Source of the DNA: Candidatus Woesearchaeota archaeon
Lineage (GTDB): Archaea; Nanobdellota; Nanobdellia; Woesearchaeales; JAZDKJ01
Assembly (NCBI GenBank): GCA_043803105.1
Contig: JAZDKJ010000006.1
Location: 256,001-320,000, forward strand
Direction of reading: 5' to 3'
DNA: 64,000 nucleotides
Position 1 is the stretch's first letter. Every line of letters starts with the position of its first letter. This document shows positions 20,212 to 30,144 of this stretch, piece by piece. The notes below the pieces were generated by a model that ran no database searches, had not been told where the DNA came from, and worked only from the letters and a program-made list of their open reading frames with translations. A program made the position numbers and the translations under genes.

Positions 20212-20808
20212 ATGGATATACCAGAACCTTTTCTTTCGATTATCAAAAAACATTACAGTGCTTATGCTTTAGTAACCAGCGATGAACTCAGTAAATTTTT
20301 CAATGGTTGTTTTAAAGAATTAATTAAAACATTGAATATTACCGATTATCAGGCACGAGCGGCAAAAACCGGTAAGATTTTTGAATATGCTTTTTATTAT
20401 CTAGTGCGACAAAAATTTGGTTTTAATTTGGCTAATGATGTTAGTTTGCGTAAAGCGTGTATGTGTGATGGTGGAGAATTGGATTTTGCAGTATTTAAGA
20501 AGGAAAAGCCCATTGCTGAAGCCAATTTAGTATGTGGAATTGAAGCCAAAGGGTCTGACCCTGATAGTTCTGAAAGACCTGCACTAAAGCGAACAGACAC
20601 CATGAAAAAAGCAATATCACAAGCATACCAATTCAAGAGGGTATACCCAAAGCTTCCTTTTTTTGTGGTATCAAATGTTTTGCCTGATTCTGGAAATTCA
20701 CTATGTATGATGAAACTTGCAGAGGGGGATATTGTTGACGAATTTATTGATGTAACAGATATAAAACAATTACAGAAATTTGTGGATACTATCAAAGCTT
20801 ATCAGTAA
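20212..20808 (+). CDS. Putative type II restriction endonuclease (PD-(D/E)xK)
   Basis: GKIFE..ELDFAV..GIEAKG; convergent with the MTase. Confidence 0.75.
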   Translation: MDIPEPFLSIIKKHYSAYALVTSDELSKFFNGCFKELIKTLNITDYQARAAKTGKIFEYAFYYLVRQKFGFNLANDVSLRKACMCDGGELDFAVFKKEKPIAEANLVCGIEAKGSDPDSSERPALKRTDTMKKAISQAYQFKRVYPKLPFFVVSNVLPDSGNSLCMMKLAEGDIVDEFIDVTDIKQLQKFVDTIKAYQ

Positions 20809-21748
20809 GTTTCTTTTGAGACCTTAATTCATTTATTCTGTTTTCAGCGAGTTTGCAATACTCTTGGTTATTATCATAACCCACAAATTTTCTTTTTGTT
20901 TTCAGAGCAGCTAAAGCTGTTTGTCCGCTTCCTATAAAAGGGTCTAATACAACATCGCCCTCAAATGTGTAGAATTCTATTAGTCTTCTCGGTAATTCTT
21001 CTGGAAATGGTGCAGGGTGACCTATACTTCTTGCACTAACAGCGTTAAAATTCCATATACTCTTTGTGAATTGCATGAATTCGTCTCTTGAGATAGTGTC
21101 CTTTCCTTTGAGGTCTCTGGAAAAGTTGCCTTTTGAAAATACAAGAATATACTCGTGAACATCTCTTAAGATTGGATTCTTAGCACTTTTCCAACTACCC
21201 CAAGCAGTACTTGTTCCAGCACTTGAAGCCTTGTCCCAAATAATTTCTCCTCGCATGAGAAACCCAAGCTCTGACATAATCTCAATTATGTGTGAATGTA
21301 AAGGGATATAGGGTTTCCTTCCAACGTTAGCTATGTTTATGCAAGCTCTACCGCCATTGACGAGCACTCGATGTGTTTCCTTCATGACATTTCTTAATAG
21401 TGCTTTGTACTCGTTTAATGTCAGGTCTTGGTCGTATTCTTTACCCACATTGTATGGTGGAGAAGTAACCATAAGATGTACAGAATTATCTGGTAGTTCA
21501 GTCATGGCTTCTGCGGACTTACAATAAACATGATTTAACTTTTCAAGCGGTATAGTTTGCTCCGGACTTCCTGCCAGGTTCTCTTTATTGCCATTTTCGT
21601 TATACAGTCTTGAATTGTAAAATCTTGAAGAGTCATGGTTTAGTCTTGAAGTGCTTCCAAAACTACTGGTAGAAGTGCCATTTTTTGTCTTTGTGTCCAT
21701 TTGTAGGCTTTTTGACTTCTTCTTCTTTTTATTAATTGTTCGTTTCAT
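20792..21748 (-). CDS. N4-C/N6-A DNA methyltransferase (beta class)
   Basis: TSPPY precedes HPAPFP and VLDPFIGSGQT. Confidence 0.93.
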   Translation of the reverse strand: MKRTINKKKKKSKSLQMDTKTKNGTSTSSFGSTSRLNHDSSRFYNSRLYNENGNKENLAGSPEQTIPLEKLNHVYCKSAEAMTELPDNSVHLMVTSPPYNVGKEYDQDLTLNEYKALLRNVMKETHRVLVNGGRACINIANVGRKPYIPLHSHIIEIMSELGFLMRGEIIWDKASSAGTSTAWGSWKSAKNPILRDVHEYILVFSKGNFSRDLKGKDTISRDEFMQFTKSIWNFNAVSARSIGHPAPFPEELPRRLIEFYTFEGDVVLDPFIGSGQTALAALKTKRKFVGYDNNQEYCKLAENRINELRSQKKLTDKL

Positions 21749-21942
21749 TTTTCGGAAATATTATGCTCTTTATCGGAAGATTTATTTTTTTCAATTAACA
21801 GCTTGTTTCCTTTGACTTCTGCTTTTAGTTCGTCGCCTTCTTTCCAAACTAACTGTTCTATATGTTCTGTTTTGAGGACAATGACCCATTTGGCGTATTC
21901 TTTGTTGCCGTATTTCCGAGAAATGTGCTTTTGCAGATGCAT
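21745..21942 (-). CDS. AbrB/MazE-like small DNA-binding protein
   Basis: KWVIVL..IEQLVWKEGDELKAEVKGNKLLIEK. Confidence 0.75.
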   Translation of the reverse strand: MHLQKHISRKYGNKEYAKWVIVLKTEHIEQLVWKEGDELKAEVKGNKLLIEKNKSSDKEHNISEK

Positions 21943-21950
21943 TGATGGAT

Positions 21951-22051
21951 TAGGTACCTACTTGTTTATAAGCTTTTTGGTACCTAAAACTATATATTCT
22001 GATTTTCATTTTTAGGTACCTAAATATTTATATAGTTGTTTAGGTACCTAA
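21951..22051. promoter_or_regulatory. Divergent promoter with four TAGGTACCTA-type palindromes
   Basis: Copies at 21951, 21978, 22011, 22040 flank two TATA boxes. Confidence 0.75.
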
Positions 22052-22057
22052 TATGTT

Positions 22058-22951
22058 ATGGAACAAAAAATAAAATGCATCCACTGCCACGCAACAGCCT
22101 ACAAAAAGAAGGGATTTAGGACCACTCAAAATAGGGGTAAAATCCAGAAGTTTCAATGTCTATCTTGCCACAAGTTTTTTACAAATGATGAAGGGTTTTA
22201 TAGGATGAAAAATGACGAGAATAAGATTACCCAGGCAATAGACCTTTATTTCTCTACTCTCTCAAGCAGGAAGGTAAGAAACCACTTTAGAAGGCACCTA
22301 GACCACAACGCAAGCCACGTAACAGTCTTAGACTGGTGCAGAAGATACGTTCTCAAAGTATCAAAGTATGTAGATACCCTCAAGCCAGAATTGTCAGGAG
22401 AATTTTATGCTGACGAAACAGACATTGACCGAAGCAGAAAGGACAACAGAAAGGATGTTTTTTGGTGTAATGTCGATTGGCAGACAAGGTTCATCAATGC
22501 CACTTTATACAGCCCGAAAGAACCGGACGTTCAGGATGCTGAAACCTTCCTAAGAAAAGTTGTTAGGAACGGATTGCCAAAATACATTCAGACTGACGCA
22601 GCTACTTTTTACCCAAAGGCTTTCAAGAAACTGTTTTGGTCAAACCAGATAACAGGGAAAGGATGGTATGATAAGCTGACAGTTGACCACAAGGTTGTGA
22701 ATACCAAAAGGACAGGGAGATACAATGTCAGAATCGAAACAGTATTCTCAAAGATTAAGGATAGAGTTGATGACTTCCGAGGACTAAAAAGTCTATGGTC
22801 AGCACCAATCCTGATGCAAGGAATAATCCTACAACACAACTACATCGAGGCTCACACAACAACAGGACAAGTACCTTGTGAACTGGCAAATCTAAAATTG
22901 GAAGTGGGACAGAATAGGTGGCTGGGAATGATTAAGATAGCCACTTTCTAA
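22058..22951 (+). CDS. DDE transposase with N-terminal Zn ribbon
   Basis: CIHC..CLSC Zn ribbon, HTH (SHVTVLDW), YADET, IQTDA, NVRIE. Confidence 0.88.
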   Translation: MEQKIKCIHCHATAYKKKGFRTTQNRGKIQKFQCLSCHKFFTNDEGFYRMKNDENKITQAIDLYFSTLSSRKVRNHFRRHLDHNASHVTVLDWCRRYVLKVSKYVDTLKPELSGEFYADETDIDRSRKDNRKDVFWCNVDWQTRFINATLYSPKEPDVQDAETFLRKVVRNGLPKYIQTDAATFYPKAFKKLFWSNQITGKGWYDKLTVDHKVVNTKRTGRYNVRIETVFSKIKDRVDDFRGLKSLWSAPILMQGIILQHNYIEAHTTTGQVPCELANLKLEVGQNRWLGMIKIATF

Positions 22952-23334
22952 TCAATTATATTTTCCGATTTTAAAACTTTCTTTACTTCTGAACCTGTTG
23001 TGAAAAGTAACGCGAGCAAGGCACCATATCCGAGCAGCAAAGGAATAGCAATGAAAACAATGATAAATATGATTTTGCTTAGGAAAAAAATTATGCCTTT
23101 GTTGTCTATATCATACTGAATGTAAGCAATTGAATAAGCTATTATTGAAGCAAAAACAAACAAAGTAATGTTGGTACATTGGTCCCAGAGCCGATTATAT
23201 TTTGTATTAAGTTTGTCATATTTAAGCTGAAACCTACAATCTTGGCTTAAACATTGATTATTTGCCTTCGATTTCATATTTAACAAAACTCCACTTATCC
23301 CTAGCCCACAAATATATGTAGACCACGATTGCAA
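22948..23334 (-). CDS. Small membrane protein (transposon cargo)
   Basis: Two TM helices; start uncertain. Confidence 0.55.
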   Translation of the reverse strand: MQSWSTYICGLGISGVLLNMKSKANNQCLSQDCRFQLKYDKLNTKYNRLWDQCTNITLFVFASIIAYSIAYIQYDIDNKGIIFFLSKIIFIIVFIAIPLLLGYGALLALLFTTGSEVKKVLKSENIID

Positions 23335-23482
23335 TTAAGTAGACAGCAAAGAAAAGAAGCACAAAGCCAGACAATAAACCACGTATATAGGCATATGGAA
23401 CAATTAAAATAGCTATCACTATTGAATAAACCAAAGCAAAATTGGAAATCAATTCCCACCTAAATTTTCTTTCTTCAGCCAT
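23258..23482 (-). CDS. Small membrane protein (transposon cargo)
   Basis: Two TM helices. Confidence 0.55.
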   Translation of the reverse strand: MAEERKFRWELISNFALVYSIVIAILIVPYAYIRGLLSGFVLLFFAVYLIAIVVYIYLWARDKWSFVKYEIEGK

Positions 23483-23760
23483 TATTTACACTCTGTGCTC
23501 AAGTTAAATCCATTTGAGTAGGCATCTTGCAAAGACTTGAATATTACTATGTTTTCTTTGTTAACCTTAGAGAAAAGTTGTGGACATTTTTGGTAGTCAT
23601 AGTATATATGCGTGCTCGAATCTCCTACCCAAAAAGGACCAGCATTGAAATAGGCTGTAACTCCTATTCCAAGGGTGGTTAAGATAATAAGAATTATTGC
23701 ACCCGTTTCTATAAGCTGTCCTCTTTTATTCATGCCTTTGTTTGTTCTCAGTAACTTCAT
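23482..23760 (-). CDS. Small protein with class III (pilin-like) signal peptide
   Basis: NKRGQ followed by a hydrophobic helix. Confidence 0.6.
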   Translation of the reverse strand: MKLLRTNKGMNKRGQLIETGAIILIILTTLGIGVTAYFNAGPFWVGDSSTHIYYDYQKCPQLFSKVNKENIVIFKSLQDAYSNGFNLSTECK

Positions 23761-23999
23761 TATTTAAACCCTTTTAACTACTTGCGAATAGGTATTCCAA
23801 GCAGCTATTTAAACATTTACCTGGTCTAATATGGAGTTTGTTTGGTAGTTTTTGGAGTATTTATTTTTTGGTTTGAATCAAAAAATGTCAGGGATTGCCA
23901 CCTAGAAAGGTGACGTCAACTTAACAGCCCATGGTTTCTTGGGCTGTAAACCATATTCTTGCGCAAACTATAAGTATATGAAGACCTTGAAATGAATAA

Positions 24000-24224
24000 T
24001 TGTATTTAATGGAGGGATTTAATATGGGTTTCAATCAGTGGTTAAACAAAAGAGTGAGAAATCTGCATTGGAGTGATATTTCATTGGTGAAGCTTAGTGT
24101 TGCAGCGTTTATGCTTATGGTTGCAAAGCTCTGGAGCCCAATGCTAAGTTTGGATTGGTATTGGTATGGTATTATTTTTGTGATAGCCGCAATTAGACCT
24201 ATGTGCAAAGTTTTTTGTAAATAA
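24000..24224 (+). CDS. Small membrane protein
   Basis: Two TM helices; GGAGG RBS before MGFNQW. Confidence 0.65.
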   Translation: MYLMEGFNMGFNQWLNKRVRNLHWSDISLVKLSVAAFMLMVAKLWSPMLSLDWYWYGIIFVIAAIRPMCKVFCK

Positions 24225-24337
24225 TTTTATGGCCACTTAATCGTCAAAGCCTGGTTTTTTGGGCTTCCAATCTTTTTGTTATAGTCACTGGACATTGTGA
24301 CCCAATATTTTTATATAAGTAAAAGATATTCTTCCTT

Positions 24338-24688
24338 ATGAACGAAAGGGAATACATACGCAGCAAATTGGCAAAGTTCCGCAAGGACGATATTATATTT
24401 ACAGAACATACGGAAATCAGACTACTTCAAAGGCAGCTCAAAAGGGAAGAAATTATCGAAAACATTATAAATCCAAGTCGCCTGGAATATGCCATTAGAG
24501 AGGAAGCGAAAAGCCTTCATGAAGAAAAATTTGATTGCTATTTTGGATATAGCAAGACCCGGTGTCACAGATACGTTTTAGCGGTTAATAAAAAAGTGAT
24601 TGTTGTAACTGCAGTGAAAATTAACCGGAAGTGGCAGAGAATTGCCGAAAAGAAATTAAAGTCAATCCGTACATTAAGGAGGAAATAA
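24338..24688 (+). CDS. DUF4258-like putative toxin
   Basis: IIFTEHTEIRLLQR..VIVVTA; paired with downstream gene. Confidence 0.65.
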   Translation: MNEREYIRSKLAKFRKDDIIFTEHTEIRLLQRQLKREEIIENIINPSRLEYAIREEAKSLHEEKFDCYFGYSKTRCHRYVLAVNKKVIVVTAVKINRKWQRIAEKKLKSIRTLRRK

Positions 24689-24692
24689 CACA

Positions 24693-25052
24693 ATGTTAAG
24701 AAAATTCAAGTTCGATTATGATAAGGAAAATGATAGTCTTTTTCTGTACGACCCAAAGGTTAAATCAAATGCAAGTGTAGAAATTGATGATTTGATCATC
24801 GATTTTAGCAGTAAGAAGGAAATATCTGGCATCGAAATCCTAAACACTTCAAAGTTTATGAAAGAACTTGATTGCGAAATCAATCTAGATAAGGAAATGC
24901 TGCAATCATTGACTGAGTGCAAAGTGGACTTCGTATCCAAACAAAATTGGCTCTTAATGAAACTAATGTTCGTATTTAAATCTCAACAGAGGTTTTGCAC
25001 GACTCTGCCTATACCCACTATCAGAGAACAAAGCCCGGCAATTATACAATGA
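24693..25052 (+). CDS. DUF2283-like putative antitoxin
   Basis: YDKENDSLFLY..IIDF..ISGIEILN. Confidence 0.75.
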   Translation: MLRKFKFDYDKENDSLFLYDPKVKSNASVEIDDLIIDFSSKKEISGIEILNTSKFMKELDCEINLDKEMLQSLTECKVDFVSKQNWLLMKLMFVFKSQQRFCTTLPIPTIREQSPAIIQ

Positions 25053-25152
25053 TTCAGCTTTAAGATACAACGTTTTCCTTTAGGATAAAATGTTTCGATT
25101 TTCTGGACTCTAGCCATAAACCTTTATATCTTCTTGTTTAGTTCTTCTCCTC

Positions 25153-25764
25153 ATGATCGAGACCATAATCTTTGATTTAGGTGAGACTGTTCTTGTTGGT
25201 ATGGCCGGAATTGAGCCCGTTATCGCAAAAAGGTTTGGCATCCCGGAAAAGGATATGATCCATAATGAGTAAGGCGGTTCCAAGAAGTGGGATCTCTTCT
25301 TTGGCAAGATTAGTGAAGATGATTACTGGAGCAGGGTTATCCAAGAGAACCAACTCCAGGATGCTTCTGTTCAATATTTCAAGAACCTGGTAAGGTCAAA
25401 CTTTACTGAAGTCCCCGGGATGCTTACATTACTTAAAGAATTACGAAGAGCCCATATTAAGACCATCTGCCTGTCAGACCATTGCCGCGAATGGGTTGAA
25501 TATTCTGAACAAAAGTTTCATTTCCTTGACCTGTTTGACTATGCCTTTTTTTCCTTTCAGACCGGCCTCTCCAAAAGGAATCCTCAAGCTTATCTTCACT
25601 TAATTGAGAAATCATGTGTAAATCCTGCGACAACCATGCTGGTGGACGATAGAAAGACCGTTATCGATATTGCCAGAGCCAGCCCAGTAAACATAAGATA
25701 CGTGCATCACTTTAACTGTGCCGAAGCGCTGTTAAAAGATTTGAAGTACCACAATCTGATTTAA
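25153..25764 (+). pseudogene. HAD-superfamily hydrolase interrupted by an in-frame TAA
   Basis: MIETIIFDLGETV..., TAA at 25270-25272, same frame continues to CLSD, K, LVDD motifs. Confidence 0.75.
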
Positions 25765-25804
25765 CCTTTAACTGAATAGGGCAAATAAAAAAAAGAAAAA
25801 AGAT

Positions 25805-26428
25805 TTATGCTACAACATCTCCTGTCGTTCCGTAATAAAAGTTGTTCCAGCTTTGGCTTCTGTAGTGGTAAGTCCATCCCCAGTTCGGCTGGGAAAAGCC
25901 ACTATAGCCTGGGAAGTAGTCGCTCAGGAAACTGTACGGGCTGCTTGGTCCAGTCTGTCCTGCGCCATAAGAGCCTAGCAACACATCTGCCTTTGTTCCG
26001 CCGAAGTCAAAGGTGCCTATGTTCCCATGCGTCTGCTTGGTTGCATCCAGGGTTCCTGTAAAGCTGGCAATATATCCTCCCTCAAAATTTACTGTTGCAT
26101 CCTTCCCTTCAGTCGCTCCAACTCCAGGGCTCAACGCGCCTGCAAAAGTCTGCGACTTTCCAGTGTATCTGGCAACAACATAGTTTAGCCCGTCCGGTGC
26201 CTGCCAGACCTGTACGTGCTTATTGTAGCTGTCTAACGCCCAATAGCCGACATTGCCTGAGTCTTCGTCATTGGCAACCTTGTATGTGATGTCCACAATC
26301 AGCTTCGACCCTGCCGGAACCTCTCCGGCGTTTGTGAAGCTTCCCCACGTTGGCTTTGTTGGTGCAGCAGTCACTGCCGCTGTGAGCAGCAGCATCAAGC
26401 CAACCAGCAATAATATTGTCTTTTTCAT
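25805..26428 (-). CDS. Secreted hypothetical protein
   Basis: GGAGGTGG RBS, signal peptide MKKTILLLVG, G/Y/T-rich body. Confidence 0.75.
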   Translation of the reverse strand: MKKTILLLVGLMLLLTAAVTAAPTKPTWGSFTNAGEVPAGSKLIVDITYKVANDEDSGNVGYWALDSYNKHVQVWQAPDGLNYVVARYTGKSQTFAGALSPGVGATEGKDATVNFEGGYIASFTGTLDATKQTHGNIGTFDFGGTKADVLLGSYGAGQTGPSSPYSFLSDYFPGYSGFSQPNWGWTYHYRSQSWNNFYYGTTGDVVA

Positions 26429-26672
26429 GTTTCCACCTCCTAAGAATTTCATTGTTTGCAATACTTTGGCCTTTAAAACTGTTATGTTGAATTTTAAATC
26501 TTTGTTATAATCATTAAAGAGCATTTTACGGCCATTAGGAGCCACTCGTCAACCTATCGATTTTTTATCTTGCTTAACAGGGCTTAAGTTCAATTCAGAA
26601 AAACCTTTTGATTTAGCAAGAGGTTTATAACCCTGGTTAATCCAATTTAATTCACAATTCAACAAGTCTTAA

Positions 26673-26864
26673 CTAAACTTTTTTCACATTGACTGCTTTT
26701 AAGCCTTTATCTCCTTGTTCTACATCAAATGTAACTGAGTCATTATCATGTAAAGTTACACCCTCTCCTACTGATGACTTATGCACAAAAACTTCTTTTC
26801 CATCTTCACCAGCAATAAATCCAAATCCTTTTATTTCATTGAAAAATTTTACGGTTCCTTTCAT
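26673..26864 (-). CDS. csp: Cold-shock protein
   Basis: KGTVKFFNEIKGFGFI..EVFVH. Confidence 0.95.
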   Translation of the reverse strand: MKGTVKFFNEIKGFGFIAGEDGKEVFVHKSSVGEGVTLHDNDSVTFDVEQGDKGLKAVNVKKV

Positions 26865-27183
26865 TTTTTTAGCTCCTTGTTTTACTCATTTTTAATTTTC
26901 AGAAACAGTCAAACAAATTTGTTAAATAAAAATTATTCGCCAAATAGTAAAAAAGTTCTGATATATTATAGAATAAATCATTGCTTTTTAAAGGCTTCTA
27001 TTTATTTTTCCTTATTGCAACTATCACACCTTATTTAGGATCACAAAACCCATTCTTTATCCTATTTGAAAGTTCTCTAAACCTGAGGAAAAAGTTTTTC
27101 CTGAAATATGTGGATGCAGTTTTCACACAATTCATATGGGAAAAGACCTTAACAGCGATTGCTTGGAATTGCGAGCCAGCCAA

Positions 27184-27534
27184 TTAATAAAACACAATAT
27201 TATGGCCTGGTTTTACGTTGTCCCATAGTTTTTTAAGTCCCCACATACCGACAGGTCCTGTATAATAATGCAGGTGTTCAGTGCAATCTTTTACTGCAAG
27301 CAAATACGAACCTGTTACTAACCTGAATAATTCTTCCTGCTCTTCAGGGCAAATTCTTTCTGCCAATGTCTTGAATTTCTTCACCAAATCCTCAGGCTCT
27401 GGCGTCTGAATAGCCACATTGATGTGAGTCATTAAATTTTGTTGCTCCATTTTGTAAACCCCCTGATTAGATGGGAAGAAACGCGTTTTATTATTTAAAC
27501 GTATCTCGCTACAATCTTTATATAATCTAAGCAA
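27184..27534 (-). CDS. Hypothetical protein (likely start MEQQNL at 27450)
   Basis: ORF with GGGG RBS-like motif and TATA box. Confidence 0.55.
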   Translation of the reverse strand: MLRLYKDCSEIRLNNKTRFFPSNQGVYKMEQQNLMTHINVAIQTPEPEDLVKKFKTLAERICPEEQEELFRLVTGSYLLAVKDCTEHLHYYTGPVGMWGLKKLWDNVKPGHNIVFY

Positions 27535-27546
27535 TTCATCTCTATA

Positions 27547-27900
27547 ATGGTCCAGCTAACTTTCAGGAATTGGGTTGCCGTTGGCAGCACTGTTGTGCTC
27601 GGAGCAATGACAAAACTTTATTCCGGGCCCTATGAGGAAATGGTCGCAGGGCAAGCTTGGGACGCTCTTGCTCCTGTCTGCATGTACAATCTCTTTTATG
27701 ATACTGCAGAAAACGATTTTCTTCGTGCAGGCATAATGTTTGGTAGTTTATGTGCTATAGAATTTGCTCAATACCTTGGTATATATGGAACTTACGATCC
27801 CAAAGACTTCGCTGCCTACGCGGTCGGGACCGCACTTGCTATTACTTTAGATAAGATTACCAGACCTTCACACAAACAATCTATTGATGATGTGATGTAG
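27547..27900 (+). CDS. Small membrane protein (DUF2809/VanZ-like)
   Basis: IEFAQ..GTYDPKDFAAYAVG. Confidence 0.65.
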   Translation: MVQLTFRNWVAVGSTVVLGAMTKLYSGPYEEMVAGQAWDALAPVCMYNLFYDTAENDFLRAGIMFGSLCAIEFAQYLGIYGTYDPKDFAAYAVGTALAITLDKITRPSHKQSIDDVM

Positions 27901-28053
27901 AGTGCCTATTCGTTGCTCTTTTTACCAGAAAGCGGACATGACACAACAGCAAGTTCGTAGCATTGCCATGCTTCTCTGCCTGCCTCAAAACAATTACGAG
28001 AACAAAAACAAGAGCTAAAGGTTTAAATACTACTTATTAGTTACAAATAAATA

Positions 28054-28317
28054 ATGGCATTACAAAATTGGGGACTTTTGGAAATAATGGCAGATTATTT
28101 ACATGTTAAAATAGATCCCAACAAACCTAGGGATTCAAGACTTGTAGTGGCCTTAAGGTATGATGATTTGGGTAGTGTACCCGAAGCTATTGAAGCTATG
28201 ACTGCAGTCCAGCCTCATTTATATGACCGAGAAAAATTAGAATCTCTTATGCTGGCAAGAATTGTTGCTAAAGACCCCTGCCATTTCTATGAGGGATTTC
28301 CTCCTGTCGACAAATAA
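28054..28317 (+). CDS. Hypothetical protein
   Basis: ORF preceded by TTTAAA. Confidence 0.55.
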   Translation: MALQNWGLLEIMADYLHVKIDPNKPRDSRLVVALRYDDLGSVPEAIEAMTAVQPHLYDREKLESLMLARIVAKDPCHFYEGFPPVDK

Positions 28318-28369
28318 TTTCGCAACTTATAGAATAAGCTATTTATAGATTAACCAATTCCTTTTCATC

Positions 28370-28762
28370 ATGAAGACTTATGCAGTCAGGCTTGAGCCCG
28401 GTCAAGACTTAAGGAAAGCCATAGCCCAATACTTTGTGACAGAAAGAATTCACAGTGGCGCAGTTCTGAGCTGTGTCGGAAGCCTGGAGAAAGCAATTTT
28501 AAGGTTGTCTGACGAGAGCATTTTAACCTTGAACGGCAAATTTGAGATTATCTCGCTTACCGGCACCTTATCCAAAACAGGTCATCACCTGCATCTCGGA
28601 ATTTCTGACAGGGAGGGAGTGGTTTACGGAGGCCACCTTAAAGAAGGCTGTATAGTCTACACCACTGCAGAGATTGTAATTGGAGCACTGGATGTTTTGG
28701 CATTCTCACGGACATTTGATCCAAAAACAGGATACAAAGAACTCAAGATTAGCAAGAAGTAG
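28370..28762 (+). CDS. PPC-domain (DUF296) DNA-binding protein
   Basis: RLEPGQDL, FEIISLTGT, HLHL, YGGHL. Confidence 0.9.
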   Translation: MKTYAVRLEPGQDLRKAIAQYFVTERIHSGAVLSCVGSLEKAILRLSDESILTLNGKFEIISLTGTLSKTGHHLHLGISDREGVVYGGHLKEGCIVYTTAEIVIGALDVLAFSRTFDPKTGYKELKISKK

Positions 28763-28816
28763 GTCATAGAAATTATAGTCACAATCTTTATATACTACTC
28801 TAGAGTTGCTATTCTA

Positions 28817-29098
28817 ATGCTTTACAACGTCAAAGTGTTTTATGACCCGAAAACAATGAACATAGAGTTATTACAGAAGCTCTATGAGGTCTACTCTAAA
28901 CAGCCTCCTTCAACAAAAGACTTAGAACAGGCTCTGTTTCGCCGCGAGGGAGATGGCTTGGAAATGGCCCTCACAGAATTTAACGGTTTGGAAAACTCCC
29001 AAGCTATGGAACTAATAAGGGCCGTTAGCCAATTCAAGGATGTCACGGCAGAGATGTCTGACATCAAGGATGCCACAACCGAGTTGCCTGACCTTTAA
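28817..29098 (+). CDS. Hypothetical protein
   Basis: ORF with TATA box. Confidence 0.55.
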   Translation: MLYNVKVFYDPKTMNIELLQKLYEVYSKQPPSTKDLEQALFRREGDGLEMALTEFNGLENSQAMELIRAVSQFKDVTAEMSDIKDATTELPDL

Positions 29099-29526
29099 GT
29101 CTCGCTCATCGCAGCCATTCTCTTGCTCTGTCTGCCCTTGCTCATCATGTCGCGGACATGCGCAGTCATTGCCAGGGTCTCTGCCTTGAAGTCTTCATAC
29201 TCATATTGCATACCATTCAGGTAGGTGCTCCAGCCCATTGTTGATTTGGCAAACCTCATTGCTTCCTTTATTTCATCCTCAGTTGCGCCTGAGAGTTTTG
29301 CTGCCTCTGTATGGAACAGTGTGCAGTACTTGCATCTTGTCGCTGCCGCGACCCCAATCCCTATGAGCTCCCGATACTTGTTTGGGATAAGCCCTGGGTC
29401 GAACTGGGTCTTTTTCATGAGCTGCCATTCCAGCTCTATTGTGTCGTCAGGTATGCTCTTCAGGAATGTTGGCACAGTGCCGAACATCTCCTCTATTTCC
29501 TTATACACCTTTTGTTTTGTATTCAT
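29095..29526 (-). CDS. Carboxymuconolactone decarboxylase/AhpD family protein
   Basis: RELIGIGVAAATRCKYCTLFH. Confidence 0.88.
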   Translation of the reverse strand: MNTKQKVYKEIEEMFGTVPTFLKSIPDDTIELEWQLMKKTQFDPGLIPNKYRELIGIGVAAATRCKYCTLFHTEAAKLSGATEDEIKEAMRFAKSTMGWSTYLNGMQYEYEDFKAETLAMTAHVRDMMSKGRQSKRMAAMSET

Positions 29527-29624
29527 TTTTCCACCTCAATCTGCCCCAATAGAATTCATGAGGCATTAACACCAAAATGCCAATACAACTATTAGGTTTG
29601 TACCTTTAGGGGTTAAACCAAGAA

Positions 29625-30062
29625 TTACTGAAAGAGCTCTTCGTACCTTGGCCAGAAGATGTTGCGGTCAATTCTTGCAAGTCTTTTTTCCAAAGGCTGA
29701 AGTAAAACACCAGATACTGGCTGCACCAATAATATTAACTGATTATTCTGCACATCTGCCCTATAAAGGCATAGTCCCTGATGCACGTGTGCCACACCTG
29801 CAGAAATGTCGCAGAGTGAATGCAGCAACAAGTACTCATCCCTTTTTGGGTTGTAGGTTTTTTCAGAAGCTTTCAAATATAGTAGTGAAATATAGATGTC
29901 TACAAGGTCCTCACCTTTGACAAGTGCCCCAGTCAAAACAACAGCCTCAAGTCTGTCTCTAAACCTGGGTTCTTCAAAGTCTAGCACGTGTTTCCCAGAA
30001 TGATAATCAATCGTTGCAACTATAGGTTTTGCTGTTGGCAGCAACCTTAATTTCCCACCCAT
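29625..30062 (-). CDS. Hypothetical protein
   Basis: ORF with TTTAAA upstream. Confidence 0.5.
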   Translation of the reverse strand: MGGKLRLLPTAKPIVATIDYHSGKHVLDFEEPRFRDRLEAVVLTGALVKGEDLVDIYISLLYLKASEKTYNPKRDEYLLLHSLCDISAGVAHVHQGLCLYRADVQNNQLILLVQPVSGVLLQPLEKRLARIDRNIFWPRYEELFQ

Positions 30063-30144
30063 ACGAAAAAGAAGCTGCGCAGAATATTTAAAGTTTTAGC
30101 TACTGCAGAGTTACCTTTTTAAGATTCTAGGCAATTCTTTACGC

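Larger units (their letters stand above)
20147..23930. mobile_element. Cargo-carrying DDE transposon (IS6/IS1-like) with R-M system
   Basis: TIRs GAGCTGTTAAGTAAACGTCACCT (20147-20169) and AGGTGACGTCAACTTAACAGCCC (23908-23930); flanking direct repeat ATGGTTTCTT (20137-20146, 23931-23940); internal transposase; AT-rich. Confidence 0.85.

Noticed and set aside
25270-25272. Stop-codon reassignment
   Set aside because: TAA terminates many clear genes in the window; this is a single isolated case.
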